This document shows, piece after piece, positions 21,203 to 30,316 of a DNA stretch of 64,000 bases. The position numbers and the translations under genes were made by a program. The stretch comes from an uncultured Bacteroidales bacterium (GTDB taxonomy: Bacteria > Bacteroidota > Bacteroidia > Bacteroidales > JAADJA01), in contig CAVXTE010000001.1 of the NCBI GenBank assembly GCA_963764475.1, positions 31,982 to 95,981 of the forward strand, read 5' to 3'. Numbering within the stretch: position 1 is the stretch's first letter; each line of letters opens with the position of its first letter. The notes under the pieces were generated by a model that worked only from the letters and a program-made list of their open reading frames with translations, was not told the origin of the DNA and did not search any database.

Positions 21203-21658
21203 CTATTTGATTTTAGTCAGATCAATTAATTTGGGTTTCTGCGCTTCATGCGGATGTTCAGTTCCGGCATAAACATGCAGGTTCCTGAATATTGCATCTC
21301 CCAGTTTGTTTTTTGGTAACATCCCTTTTATTGCATGTTCAATAATAGCGGTCGGTTTTTTAACCAGCATTTCTTTCGGTGATTGCTTTCTTTGTCCGCC
21401 CGGGTACCCGGTATACCTCACATATACCTTATCAGTCCATTTTTTGCCTGTCATCTGCACTTTTTCCGCGTTGATGATGATCACGTTATCACCGCAATCG
21501 ACATGAGGTGTAAAATTGGTCTTGTACTTTCCCCTTAATAACTGGGCAGCGACCGAAGAAAGCCTTCCTAGAATTTGATTTTCAGCATCTATTATGACCC
21601 ACTCTTTGTTTGCTGTTGCTTTATTTGCGCTAACCGTTCTGTAGCTTAAAGTATCCAT
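21203..21658 (-). CDS. rplM: 50S ribosomal protein L13
   Basis: 151 aa with W.IIDA..Q.LGRL.S..A..L.GK, upstream of rpsI as usual. Confidence 0.95.
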   Translation of the reverse strand: MDTLSYRTVSANKATANKEWVIIDAENQILGRLSSVAAQLLRGKYKTNFTPHVDCGDNVIIINAEKVQMTGKKWTDKVYVRYTGYPGGQRKQSPKEMLVKKPTAIIEHAIKGMLPKNKLGDAIFRNLHVYAGTEHPHEAQKPKLIDLTKIK

Positions 21659-21706
21659 CTAAATCTTAATTACTTGTTTTCAATTCTCCTTTTGAAAATC
21701 GGGCTG

Positions 21707-21714
21707 CAAAAGTA
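21707..21714 (-). promoter_or_regulatory. Bacteroidota -7 box TActTTTG for rplM-rpsI
   Basis: Exact TAnnTTTG on the minus strand, ~48 nt upstream of the rplM ATG. Confidence 0.4.
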
Positions 21715-21853
21715 GATTGAAATTATTTAAATAACAAATTTTGCAAACAACATTTTATTGATATTTTGTGTCTTAAATAAAATTATTTTGAAAATAATGA
21801 TAATCAGCTAAATACGTTAATATTGTTGTTTGAAAAATCGCAAAAATAAAAAA

Positions 21854-22588
21854 ATGTCCAAAAAAACGATTACCGTAATTGTCTGGATTACCCTTTTTGC
21901 TGTGGCGATGGGCTACCTCGAAAGTGCAGTTGTGGTCTATCTCAGGAAAATATATTACCCCGATGGGTTTACATTTCCTTTGCATGTCATCGATCAGGAT
22001 ATCGGTATCACTGAAATTTTCAGGGAGTTTGCGACTTTAATCATGCTGGCCGGAGCCGGCATAATAGCAGGCAGGACAAGAACTGAAAAATTTGGTTTTT
22101 TTATTTATTGTTTTGCTATCTGGGATATATTTTACTATGTATTCCTTAAACTATTACTTGGTTGGCCGGAGTCATTGATGACCTGGGATATTTTGTTTTT
22201 GATTCCGGTAACCTGGGTGGGACCGGTGATCGGGCCGGTGATCAATTCGCTGACCATGATCGTACTTGCTTTGCTGATCAGCCATTTCACGGATAAGAAT
22301 AGCACCATTAAAATTCAAAAAATAGAATGGCTGATGTTCGCCATGGGATCACTAATTATTATCATTTCCTATACGCGGGATTATTCAAATTATATACTCA
22401 GTAAATTTACATTCGGTGAATTGTTCAGCCTGCCGCCCAGGCCGGAAGTTTCTGAATACGCGTTGGGATATGTGCCCGAAAGTTTTCCCTGGTGGATTTT
22501 CTGGAACGGACAGGTAATTATTTTCGGAGGAATTTATCTTTTTTATAAAAGAACGAGGGGAAAGTTGACGAAGAATCATTTGGGGTAA
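21854..22588 (+). CDS. polytopic membrane protein of unknown function
   Basis: About 6 hydrophobic segments and no motif I recognise. The ATG at 21854 (MSKKT) is preferred over 21830. Confidence 0.5.
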   Translation: MSKKTITVIVWITLFAVAMGYLESAVVVYLRKIYYPDGFTFPLHVIDQDIGITEIFREFATLIMLAGAGIIAGRTRTEKFGFFIYCFAIWDIFYYVFLKLLLGWPESLMTWDILFLIPVTWVGPVIGPVINSLTMIVLALLISHFTDKNSTIKIQKIEWLMFAMGSLIIIISYTRDYSNYILSKFTFGELFSLPPRPEVSEYALGYVPESFPWWIFWNGQVIIFGGIYLFYKRTRGKLTKNHLG

Positions 22589-22734
22589 AATGGATCACCC
22601 TGATTTTTAACATATCGTATTTCTTCAACCATTCAACCATAAAAAACCCTGATAGGTTGCTACCCCTCAGGCTCTTTTCTTAGTTCCAAAATCTAATATC
22701 TAAGTTCTAAATACTCTGTACTTTGTACTCAATA

Positions 22735-23298
22735 CTAAATTGTCATAATATCCTTCTCTTTGGCCTCTATCAATTTGTCTACCTTTTCGGAATAGTCGTC
22801 AGTTAGTTTTTGGATATCATCCTGTAGCTTTTTTACATCGTCTTCCGAAACGCCTTCCTTTTCAAGCTTTTTGGCTTCTTCATTACCTGTTCTCCGTGCA
22901 TTGCGGATACCTATTTTAGATTCTTCGGCTTCGGCTTTGGCCTGTTTCACCAGTTCGCGCCTGCGCTGTTCAGTCGTTTGCGGTACAATGATCCTTAATA
23001 CTTCACCTTCATTTTTTGGGTTGAACCCGAGATTGGCGGCCAAAATGGCTTTTTCGATAACACTAATAATGCTTTTATCCCATGGCTGAACGATAATCTG
23101 ACGGGCATCAGGAGATGTAATGTTTGCCGTTTGATTGATTGGGGTCATCACTCCGTAATAATCCACCATCACTCCCTGCAACATATCAGGACTGGCTTTC
23201 CCGGCCCGTATATTCTGAAATTCACGCTCAAGATGGTGAACGGCTTTATCCATCCCTTCTTTGGCAAGGTCGTATACAAACTGGCATTCTTCAATCAT
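22735..23298 (-). CDS. frr: ribosome recycling factor
   Basis: 187 aa with the typical RRF sequence (IRAGKASP..L..V.VDYYG, RNARR). Confidence 0.95.
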   Translation of the reverse strand: MIEECQFVYDLAKEGMDKAVHHLEREFQNIRAGKASPDMLQGVMVDYYGVMTPINQTANITSPDARQIIVQPWDKSIISVIEKAILAANLGFNPKNEGEVLRIIVPQTTEQRRRELVKQAKAEAEESKIGIRNARRTGNEEAKKLEKEGVSEDDVKKLQDDIQKLTDDYSEKVDKLIEAKEKDIMTI

Positions 23299-23351
23299 AA
23301 CATTGCGCTTTTTAATTCCGATGCAAATTTAAAAGAAATATTTTTTGAAAT

Positions 23352-24062
23352 TTAGCCTTTTGACACCAGCGTGCCGATTGTTTCACCATTGACAATTCTT
23401 TTTAAATTACCTTTTTCATTCATATCGAAAACAACAATGGGAAGGTTGTTCTCCCGGCACATAGTAAAAGCCGTAAGGTCCATTATTTTCAGCTTTTTGT
23501 CGTATGCTTCATCAAACGTCAGCCGGCTGAATTTTTTCGCATCCGAATGTTTTTCCGGATCAGCCGAATAGATACCATCCACCCGGGTTCCTTTTAAAAA
23601 TACGTCAGCTTCGATTTCAACACCTCTTAAAACGGAAGCTGTGTCAGTTGTAAAATAGGGATTCCCCGTTCCGCCACTGATGATAACAACCTTTCCCTGT
23701 TCAAGATATCCGGTGGCTTTCCTTCGGCTCATGAGTTCACTCACCGGTCCGATCTGAAAACCAGATAACAGGGCAGTTGCAACTCCAATTTTTTCCAGCG
23801 CCGCCTGAAGTGCAAGACTGTTTATAACGGTGGCAAGCATGCCCATATAATCCCCCTGTACACGATCCATTCCCTCTGCAACCCCATCAAGTCCACGATA
23901 AATATTTCCGCCTCCAATCACAATGGCCACCTGTACTTTTTCTTCAACAACGGATTTTATTTCGAAGGCATAGTTATTTAACCGGTTGCCATCGATTCCG
24001 TATTGTCGGTTTCCCATCAGGGATTCTCCGCTAAGCTTCAGCAAAATCCTTTTGTATTTCAT
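23352..24062 (-). CDS. pyrH: UMP kinase
   Basis: 236 aa. KRILLKLSGE and GGGNIYRG motifs. Upstream of frr as usual. Confidence 0.95.
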   Translation of the reverse strand: MKYKRILLKLSGESLMGNRQYGIDGNRLNNYAFEIKSVVEEKVQVAIVIGGGNIYRGLDGVAEGMDRVQGDYMGMLATVINSLALQAALEKIGVATALLSGFQIGPVSELMSRRKATGYLEQGKVVIISGGTGNPYFTTDTASVLRGVEIEADVFLKGTRVDGIYSADPEKHSDAKKFSRLTFDEAYDKKLKIMDLTAFTMCRENNLPIVVFDMNEKGNLKRIVNGETIGTLVSKG

Positions 24063-24306
24063 TGATATCCTTTAATTAATAATTGTCGATAATTTATTAC
24101 CTTTAGAGTCTATATGGATAATTTTATTTTCAAAAATTATCAACCTGAATTTTATAAAGTCCTGACTTAAGGTCATATCGTTCGTATATTTTCGGTAAAA
24201 ACGAAATCAAAAATAAAGATTTATTGTTTACCTTACAGGTCAGGGTAATAAAACGGGAGATTAATCTTTGAAAAACAATGCCTGTTGAATCATAAAAAAT
24301 AACTGC

Positions 24307-24939
24307 ATGAATCTTATAGATCAAATAGAATGGCTTGGGCAGGCGACCGTAAAATTCAATTTTCATGATAAAATAATCTACATCGATCCTTATCAGATCT
24401 CTCAAAACGACAAAGCAGATTATATCTTTATCACGCATTCGCATTACGATCATTTGTCTCCGGATGATATCAAAAAGGTTGTAAAAAAAGACACACGTTT
24501 TTTTGCACCTTATAATTGTATTCCGAAACTGATGGATATCGGTTACTCGAAGATCGTCGGAATAGAACCCGGGCATGAGGAGGATCTTGATATTTTTAAA
24601 TTTAAAGCCGTACCTGCGTATAATATTGATAAAGTCAATTATCACCCTAAGAATAACAAATGGGTGGGGTATATTTTTGAGATTGATGGCCAGCGGATTT
24701 ATCACGCCGGCGATACGGAGCGTATTCCTGAAATGAAAGACATTGAATGTGATGTGGCGATGTTGCCATTGGGCCAGACATATACTATGAACAGCGTGGA
24801 AGAAGCCGCCGCCTCTGCCATCGATGTCAAAGCGAAAATCGCGATCCCCATTCATTACGGTTTGTATGAAGGTACGGAAGAAGATGCCATGAAATTCAGA
24901 GATTTACTGAAAGACAAAATAGAAGTGATCTTGAAATAA
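24307..24939 (+). CDS. MBL-fold metallo-hydrolase
   Basis: 210 aa with the HxHxDH motif THSHYDHL. The 241-aa antisense ORF is judged spurious. Confidence 0.8.
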   Translation: MNLIDQIEWLGQATVKFNFHDKIIYIDPYQISQNDKADYIFITHSHYDHLSPDDIKKVVKKDTRFFAPYNCIPKLMDIGYSKIVGIEPGHEEDLDIFKFKAVPAYNIDKVNYHPKNNKWVGYIFEIDGQRIYHAGDTERIPEMKDIECDVAMLPLGQTYTMNSVEEAAASAIDVKAKIAIPIHYGLYEGTEEDAMKFRDLLKDKIEVILK

Positions 24940-25010
24940 CTCTTTCCCGGATTTAAAATCAACTACTTCCTTTTTCTTGATATTCTTGATTTCCGGTTAC
25001 TCAAACTTCG

Positions 25011-25018
25011 TACTTTTG
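25011..25018 (+). promoter_or_regulatory. Bacteroidota -7 box TActTTTG
   Basis: Exact TAnnTTTG, 22 nt upstream of the ATG at 25041. A TTG lies ~23 nt further upstream. Confidence 0.4.
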
Positions 25019-25040
25019 GGCCCCTTAGTGTTACAGGTTT

Positions 25041-26293
25041 ATGAAGTACGATGTGATCGTAATCGGAGCAGGAGCTGCCGGATTGATTGCTGCCATTAGT
25101 GCAGCAGGTTCGGGAGCCAGCGTTCTGGTTCTTGAAAAAATGGAACGAGCAGGCCGGAAACTGCTCATCACCGGCAAAGGCCGGTGCAATATCACCAATG
25201 ATGCAGAACTGCATGAATTTTTTAACCATATCCAGCCCCATTCCCGTTTTTTGAAACATGCTTTTTCTCAATTTTTTACCGGTGACATAATCCGGCTTTT
25301 GAACGAATCAGGAGTTAAGACTGTTGTCGAAAGAGGCAAACGAGTTTTCCCTGCCAGTAATAAATCGTCGGATGTAGTTCAGGCATTATTAAAACAAGCA
25401 CAAAAAAATAAGGTGGTTATTCAGTACCGATCCAAAGTGAATGAATTTCTGATCGATGATAATCAAATCCGGGGTGTAAAAATGACAAAAGAAGGGATTG
25501 GCTCGGATATTTTTGCGGGAAAAATTATTTTATGTACAGGCGGAAACTCATATCCTGCCACTGGTTCCGATGGAGATGGCTACCGGTTGGCAAAATCTGC
25601 CGGACACACTATAAATTCTGTAAGGCCGTCGCTGGTGCCGCTTGAAACAAAAGGCAGCATGGCAAAACTGCTCCAGGGACTCAGTCTGAAAAACAGCAAT
25701 GCCGTGGTTTGGATCGATGGTAAAAAACAAAAAGAAGAATTCGGGGAGATGCTGTTTACACATTTCGGAATCTCCGGACCGGTGGTATTAACACTAAGCT
25801 GTTTTGTTGTGGATGCCTTAAGTGAAAATAAGCATGTTGAAATTTCAGTTGATTTAAAACCGGCACTGGATGACCAAAAGCTTGATAAACGACTGATCAG
25901 GGATTTGACTGAACACAGCAAAAAACGCCTCGATAATATCTTTAAACTGTGGCTGCCAGCAAAACTGATTCCGGTATTCATCGAAGAATTGCAACTTGAT
26001 CCGGCAAAAGAGGGCCATCAGCTTACGGCAGCAGAACGAAAAAAAATCCGGTTGATGATGAAGGATTTGCGGTTTGAAATTTCAGGACACCGGTCGTTTA
26101 AGGAGGCGATCATTACTGCCGGTGGGATCAGCACGAAAGAGATCGATTCGAAAACCATGGAATCAAAACTTGTCAAAAATCTCTTTTTTCGCCGGAGAAG
26201 TCATCGATCTGGATGCCGATACTAGGCGGCTACAACCTTCAGATCGCCTGGTCGACGGGATGGCTGGCCGGGAAATCTGCCGCCAATTTATAA
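25041..26293 (+). pseudogene. HI0933/YhiN-like FAD-dependent oxidoreductase, two frame changes near the 3' end
   Basis: N-terminal DVIVIGAGAAGL. The C-terminal family signature is spread over three frames: ...KNLFF (frame 0), AGEVIDLDADT (frame 1), GGYNLQIAWSTGWLAGKSAANL* (frame 2). Confidence 0.8.
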
Positions 26294-26310
26294 TAAGGGA
26301 AAATATCATT

Positions 26311-27847
26311 TCAACTTCCTGCAATTCCCATTGCGACCTTAATCCCATCAGCTGCACTCGACATAATACCTCCCGCATAACCGCTCCCCTCTCCGATCAT
26401 ATAAAGATTTTTAAATCCGCTGCACAATCCGTTCGGATCACGAATTACCTGTATGGGTGAGGACGTTTTACTTTCCAGCCCGATCAGGTTCCCGATCTCA
26501 AATCCCTTCATTTTTTTTATGAAGTTCTGCAATCCGGCACGCATTGCCTGATAAATAGCAGAAGGCAGCAAGTCCCATAAAGGCGCAGGAAATAAACCAA
26601 GCGGGTAACTTGATTTAATGGTTTTCTCAGTTTCTTTTTTTTGTAAAAAATCCCGGATGGTGCAGAAGGGAGCAGCAAAGTCGTGGGTATACGCAAAGAA
26701 TGTTTGCTCGAGCTGTTCGACAAAATCAAGAACTTCCAATGCTGTGGCCGTTTTGCCGCACAATTCATCGGGATGTATTCCGGCTACACAGGCTGCATTC
26801 GCAAACATCACCGTTCCGCCTATAGTTACTCATTCCGTTTACAATATTGGTGTTCTCAAATGCAGCGGAAGGAACAACAATGCCGCCCGGACACATGCAA
26901 AAGGAATAAACCGGATGTTTACCATCCCCTTCTGATGTCAGCCGGTATTCGGCGGCTTTGACACCCGGCAGCGATTCCCTTCCCCATTGTGCCAGGTTGA
27001 TCAGTGACTGCGGATGCTCCATCCGGCAACCGATGGCAAAATTTTTCGTCCTGAAACCAACACCCTTTTTTATCAGCATCCGATACGTATCATATGCCGA
27101 ATTTCCCTGGGCGACTAAAAAATAATGAGCTTCAATATCTCCTGATTCAGTAACCGCTGAATTTATATTGCCATTATTGATCCTGAAATCAGTCAGAAAG
27201 GTTTCGAACAGGATGGTGCCGCCCAACTCAATAAACTTACTGCGAAGATTTTTTACAATCACTTTCAGGTTGTCACTGCCAAGATGCGGATGCATCATAT
27301 ATTTAATTTCAACAGGCGCTCCTGCATCAACATAATTGTCGAGGATAAACTCTTTTTCGAGTGAGATGTGTTTCGATCGTGAAGTAAGTTTTCCATCGGA
27401 AAATGTACCGGCCCCACCCTCACCAAAGGCATAATTGCTTAGAGGGTTAAAAATTCCCGACGTTTCAAATTCTGCAATACCTTTTGTCCGTTTAGTCACT
27501 TCGGTGCCTCTTTCGATAATGGTAGTTTTAAAACCAGCCTTTTGCAAAACATAGGCAGCAAAAAATCCGGCCGGCCCGCTACCGATCACAACTACATTTT
27601 CTTTTCTTTTACGATAAGGGATTTGAAGCTCCGGTTTAATTGCGGGAAAAGTTCCCTTCAAATCAGGAGAAAGGATAACTACCTTCAGCAGCCAATGGAT
27701 AAAACTCCGGTTCCTTGCATCGAGGCTTTTGTTTTCTATCCTGTAGGTAAAATCTTTGATCCGGAGCTCCTTTGCGATCTTATTTCGCAACAATTCTTCC
27801 GAATAATCTGTCGGCAGTTTGATTGAAATTTCCTTAACCCCCTTCAT
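26311..27847 (-). pseudogene. COG2509-type FAD-dependent dehydrogenase, single frameshift
   Basis: ORF 26765-27847 (VVVIGSGPAGFFAA ... CPGGIVVPSAAFENTNIVNGMSNY) and ORF 26311-26811 (FANAACVAGIHPDEL...) are two parts of one ~511-aa protein. They join near 26806-26812. Confidence 0.8.
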
Positions 27848-28012
27848 TTGGCAAAATATTTAGCCTTGAACAAAATTTGAACTTGTGACTTCAGAAAACG
27901 GTTCATTTTGTATCGACAACAAGATTATAAAATAGAATGTAAAAATACGATGATTCTGAAAATGAATAAGAAAATTCGACATCAGCCGTTTAAAGTAAAA
28001 TCAGGTTGAAAG

Positions 28013-30262
28013 ATGGCGAAACCATATAAGTTTATACTTTTAATATTTGCAGGGCTCATTCTGTTTATTTGTTTGTCATTCGCAGCATTGTATATGGCTG
28101 TGCATGCCGGACTTTTCGGCAGATTGCCCAATACCGAAGAACTGAAAGCGATCAGCAATGAACAGGCCACACTGATCTACGCCGCAGATGGTTCATTGAC
28201 AGGAAAAATCTTCGCCAGCAACAGGACCAATATCAAATGGGAGGATGTTCCGCCTCAGCTTGTAAATGCGTTGGTCAGCACAGAAGACAAACGGTTTTTT
28301 AGCCATGAAGGAGTCGATAAAATGAGTTACCTCCGTGTGCTGTTCAAGACACTTATTTTTGGTAATCGCAGTTCTGGCGGAGGCAGTACACTGACACAGC
28401 AACTTGCAAAAAACCTTTACGGCAGGAAAAAATTTAGTTTTTTAACGCTTCCTGTAGCTAAAATTAAAGAGGCGATCATTGCTTACAGGCTTGAAAAAAT
28501 TTATTCGAAAGATAAGATCATCCTGTTGTACCTCAATTCTGTTCCATTCGGCGAAAATGTGTTTGGCATCGAAGCAGCGTCGCAGCGGTTTTTCGGAGAA
28601 AATACATCCACCCTGAATACAGCACAAATGGCTTTGTTGGTGGGCATGCTGAAAGCAAATACACATTATAATCCGAGACTAAATCCCGAACATGCGCTTC
28701 AGCGACGAAACCAGGTCCTTCAATTGATGGAAGAACAAAGTTATCTTACTCCCTCAACGGCCGATAGCCTGAAAGAACTTCCTTTGGATTTGAATTATTC
28801 GAATTATGAACTTTCTTCTCCTGCCGGATACTTCAATTACCAGGTGACACTAAAAGCAAATAAACTTCTTGCAGGTATAAAAAACCAATCCGGTCAACCT
28901 TTCGATTTAAAAAAAGACGGACTGAAAATTTATACAACCCTCGATCCCAAGCTTCAGAAAATCGCACTCAATTCGGTGCAAAAACAGCTTTCTTCCAAGC
29001 AAAAACTCCTTGATGCGGAATTGAACAGACGGCATTTTCGAAAAACCTGGGAAAAGAGAATGGTTTCTTCTAAAAATCAGCAATGGGAAAAAAATCCGGA
29101 TGTAACCGGGGAAGTTTTTGATTGGGATGATGAGCCGGATAACATAAAAACCTATCGAGACAGCTTGTGGCACTACTATTCAATGTTGAATGCTGCCGTA
29201 TTGATGATCGAACCAGGATCAGGCAAGGTCCGGGCCTGGGTAGGGGGCAATAATTTTCGTTACCTCCCATTTGATCTGGTTCTTTCGCATAGGCAGATCG
29301 CATCTGCATTTAAACCGATTTTGTATACCGCAGCCCTTGAAAACGGGATTTCTCCCTGCACCTATCTCGATAACGAAGAAAAAGATTATGAAGAATATGA
29401 CGGATGGCATCCCCGGAATTTTGATAATTCGAGTGGAAATAAAATCGCCATGTGGTATGCGCTCGCACATTCGATTAATCTGCCGACTGTCGATCTCTAT
29501 TTCCGGACCGGTTATAAGGCTTTGAACGAGACCTGCCGCAATCTGGGCCTGCCTGTTTCTGACGGCGATATTCCCTCTGTTGCCCTGGGTTCGATGGATA
29601 TTTCGCTTAAAGAAATTGTAACCGCTTACAGTGCCTTTGCAAACGATGGATTTATTGCAGAACCCGTTATGATAGAGTCGATCAAAGATGCTGACGGGAA
29701 TATCATTTACAGAAATCAGGAGATGGAAGATCATGCGGCCATTCCTCCTGAGATTGCTACTCAAATAACAGCTATGCTTGAAAGAGCCGTAAATGAAGGA
29801 ACCGGAAAAAGTTTACGCAGTATTTATCAAATACATTCGGAATTAGCAGGAAAAACAGGCACTTCGCAAGATTATACAGATGCCTGGTTCATTTCGTATA
29901 CGCCCAATCTTGTAATCGGAACCTGGGTAGGTGCGATGGATCCTGATGTTCATTTGCACTCAAAAGCAGGGAGCGGGTCGTCGCTTGCCCTACCCATCGC
30001 AGGACAAATATGGAAAAGGATTGAAACCACTTCTGACCTAAACAGAAAATATACCGGATCATTTCAAATCCCTGAAACATATCTCACAGAAATGGATTGT
30101 GAGCCGATAAAGGAAAATACATTGAAAAACCTTTACGAAAAGCTTTTTGGAAAGAAAGAAATAAAAAAAGCTGTAACACCGAAGCAAGATAAAAAAACCG
30201 TAAAAGAAAAAAGTAAGGTCGGGAAGTTTTTTGACCGGCTTTTTAAAAAAAAGAACAAATAG
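28013..30262 (+). CDS. class A penicillin-binding protein (GT51 transglycosylase plus transpeptidase)
   Basis: 749 aa. EDKRFFSHEGVD and GGSTLTQQLAKN (GT51). SAFKP, SIN and KTGTS (transpeptidase). Confidence 0.9.
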   Translation: MAKPYKFILLIFAGLILFICLSFAALYMAVHAGLFGRLPNTEELKAISNEQATLIYAADGSLTGKIFASNRTNIKWEDVPPQLVNALVSTEDKRFFSHEGVDKMSYLRVLFKTLIFGNRSSGGGSTLTQQLAKNLYGRKKFSFLTLPVAKIKEAIIAYRLEKIYSKDKIILLYLNSVPFGENVFGIEAASQRFFGENTSTLNTAQMALLVGMLKANTHYNPRLNPEHALQRRNQVLQLMEEQSYLTPSTADSLKELPLDLNYSNYELSSPAGYFNYQVTLKANKLLAGIKNQSGQPFDLKKDGLKIYTTLDPKLQKIALNSVQKQLSSKQKLLDAELNRRHFRKTWEKRMVSSKNQQWEKNPDVTGEVFDWDDEPDNIKTYRDSLWHYYSMLNAAVLMIEPGSGKVRAWVGGNNFRYLPFDLVLSHRQIASAFKPILYTAALENGISPCTYLDNEEKDYEEYDGWHPRNFDNSSGNKIAMWYALAHSINLPTVDLYFRTGYKALNETCRNLGLPVSDGDIPSVALGSMDISLKEIVTAYSAFANDGFIAEPVMIESIKDADGNIIYRNQEMEDHAAIPPEIATQITAMLERAVNEGTGKSLRSIYQIHSELAGKTGTSQDYTDAWFISYTPNLVIGTWVGAMDPDVHLHSKAGSGSSLALPIAGQIWKRIETTSDLNRKYTGSFQIPETYLTEMDCEPIKENTLKNLYEKLFGKKEIKKAVTPKQDKKTVKEKSKVGKFFDRLFKKKNK

Positions 30263-30316
30263 AAAAGTCCTGAAGGATGGTAATTTGATTTATTGTCAAA
30301 TTATAAACCCTATTTT

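Noticed and set aside
24130-24855. 241-aa minus-strand ORF
   Set aside because: It is antisense to the MBL-fold hydrolase gene, which has a clear HxHxDH motif. The antisense translation has no recognisable motif and an odd composition (F/I/R-rich).
26074-26460. 128-aa plus-strand ORF overlapping the end of the HI0933-like gene
   Set aside because: It is not an independent gene. Only its segment AGEVIDLDADT is meaningful, as the middle frame of the frameshifted flavoprotein C-terminus.
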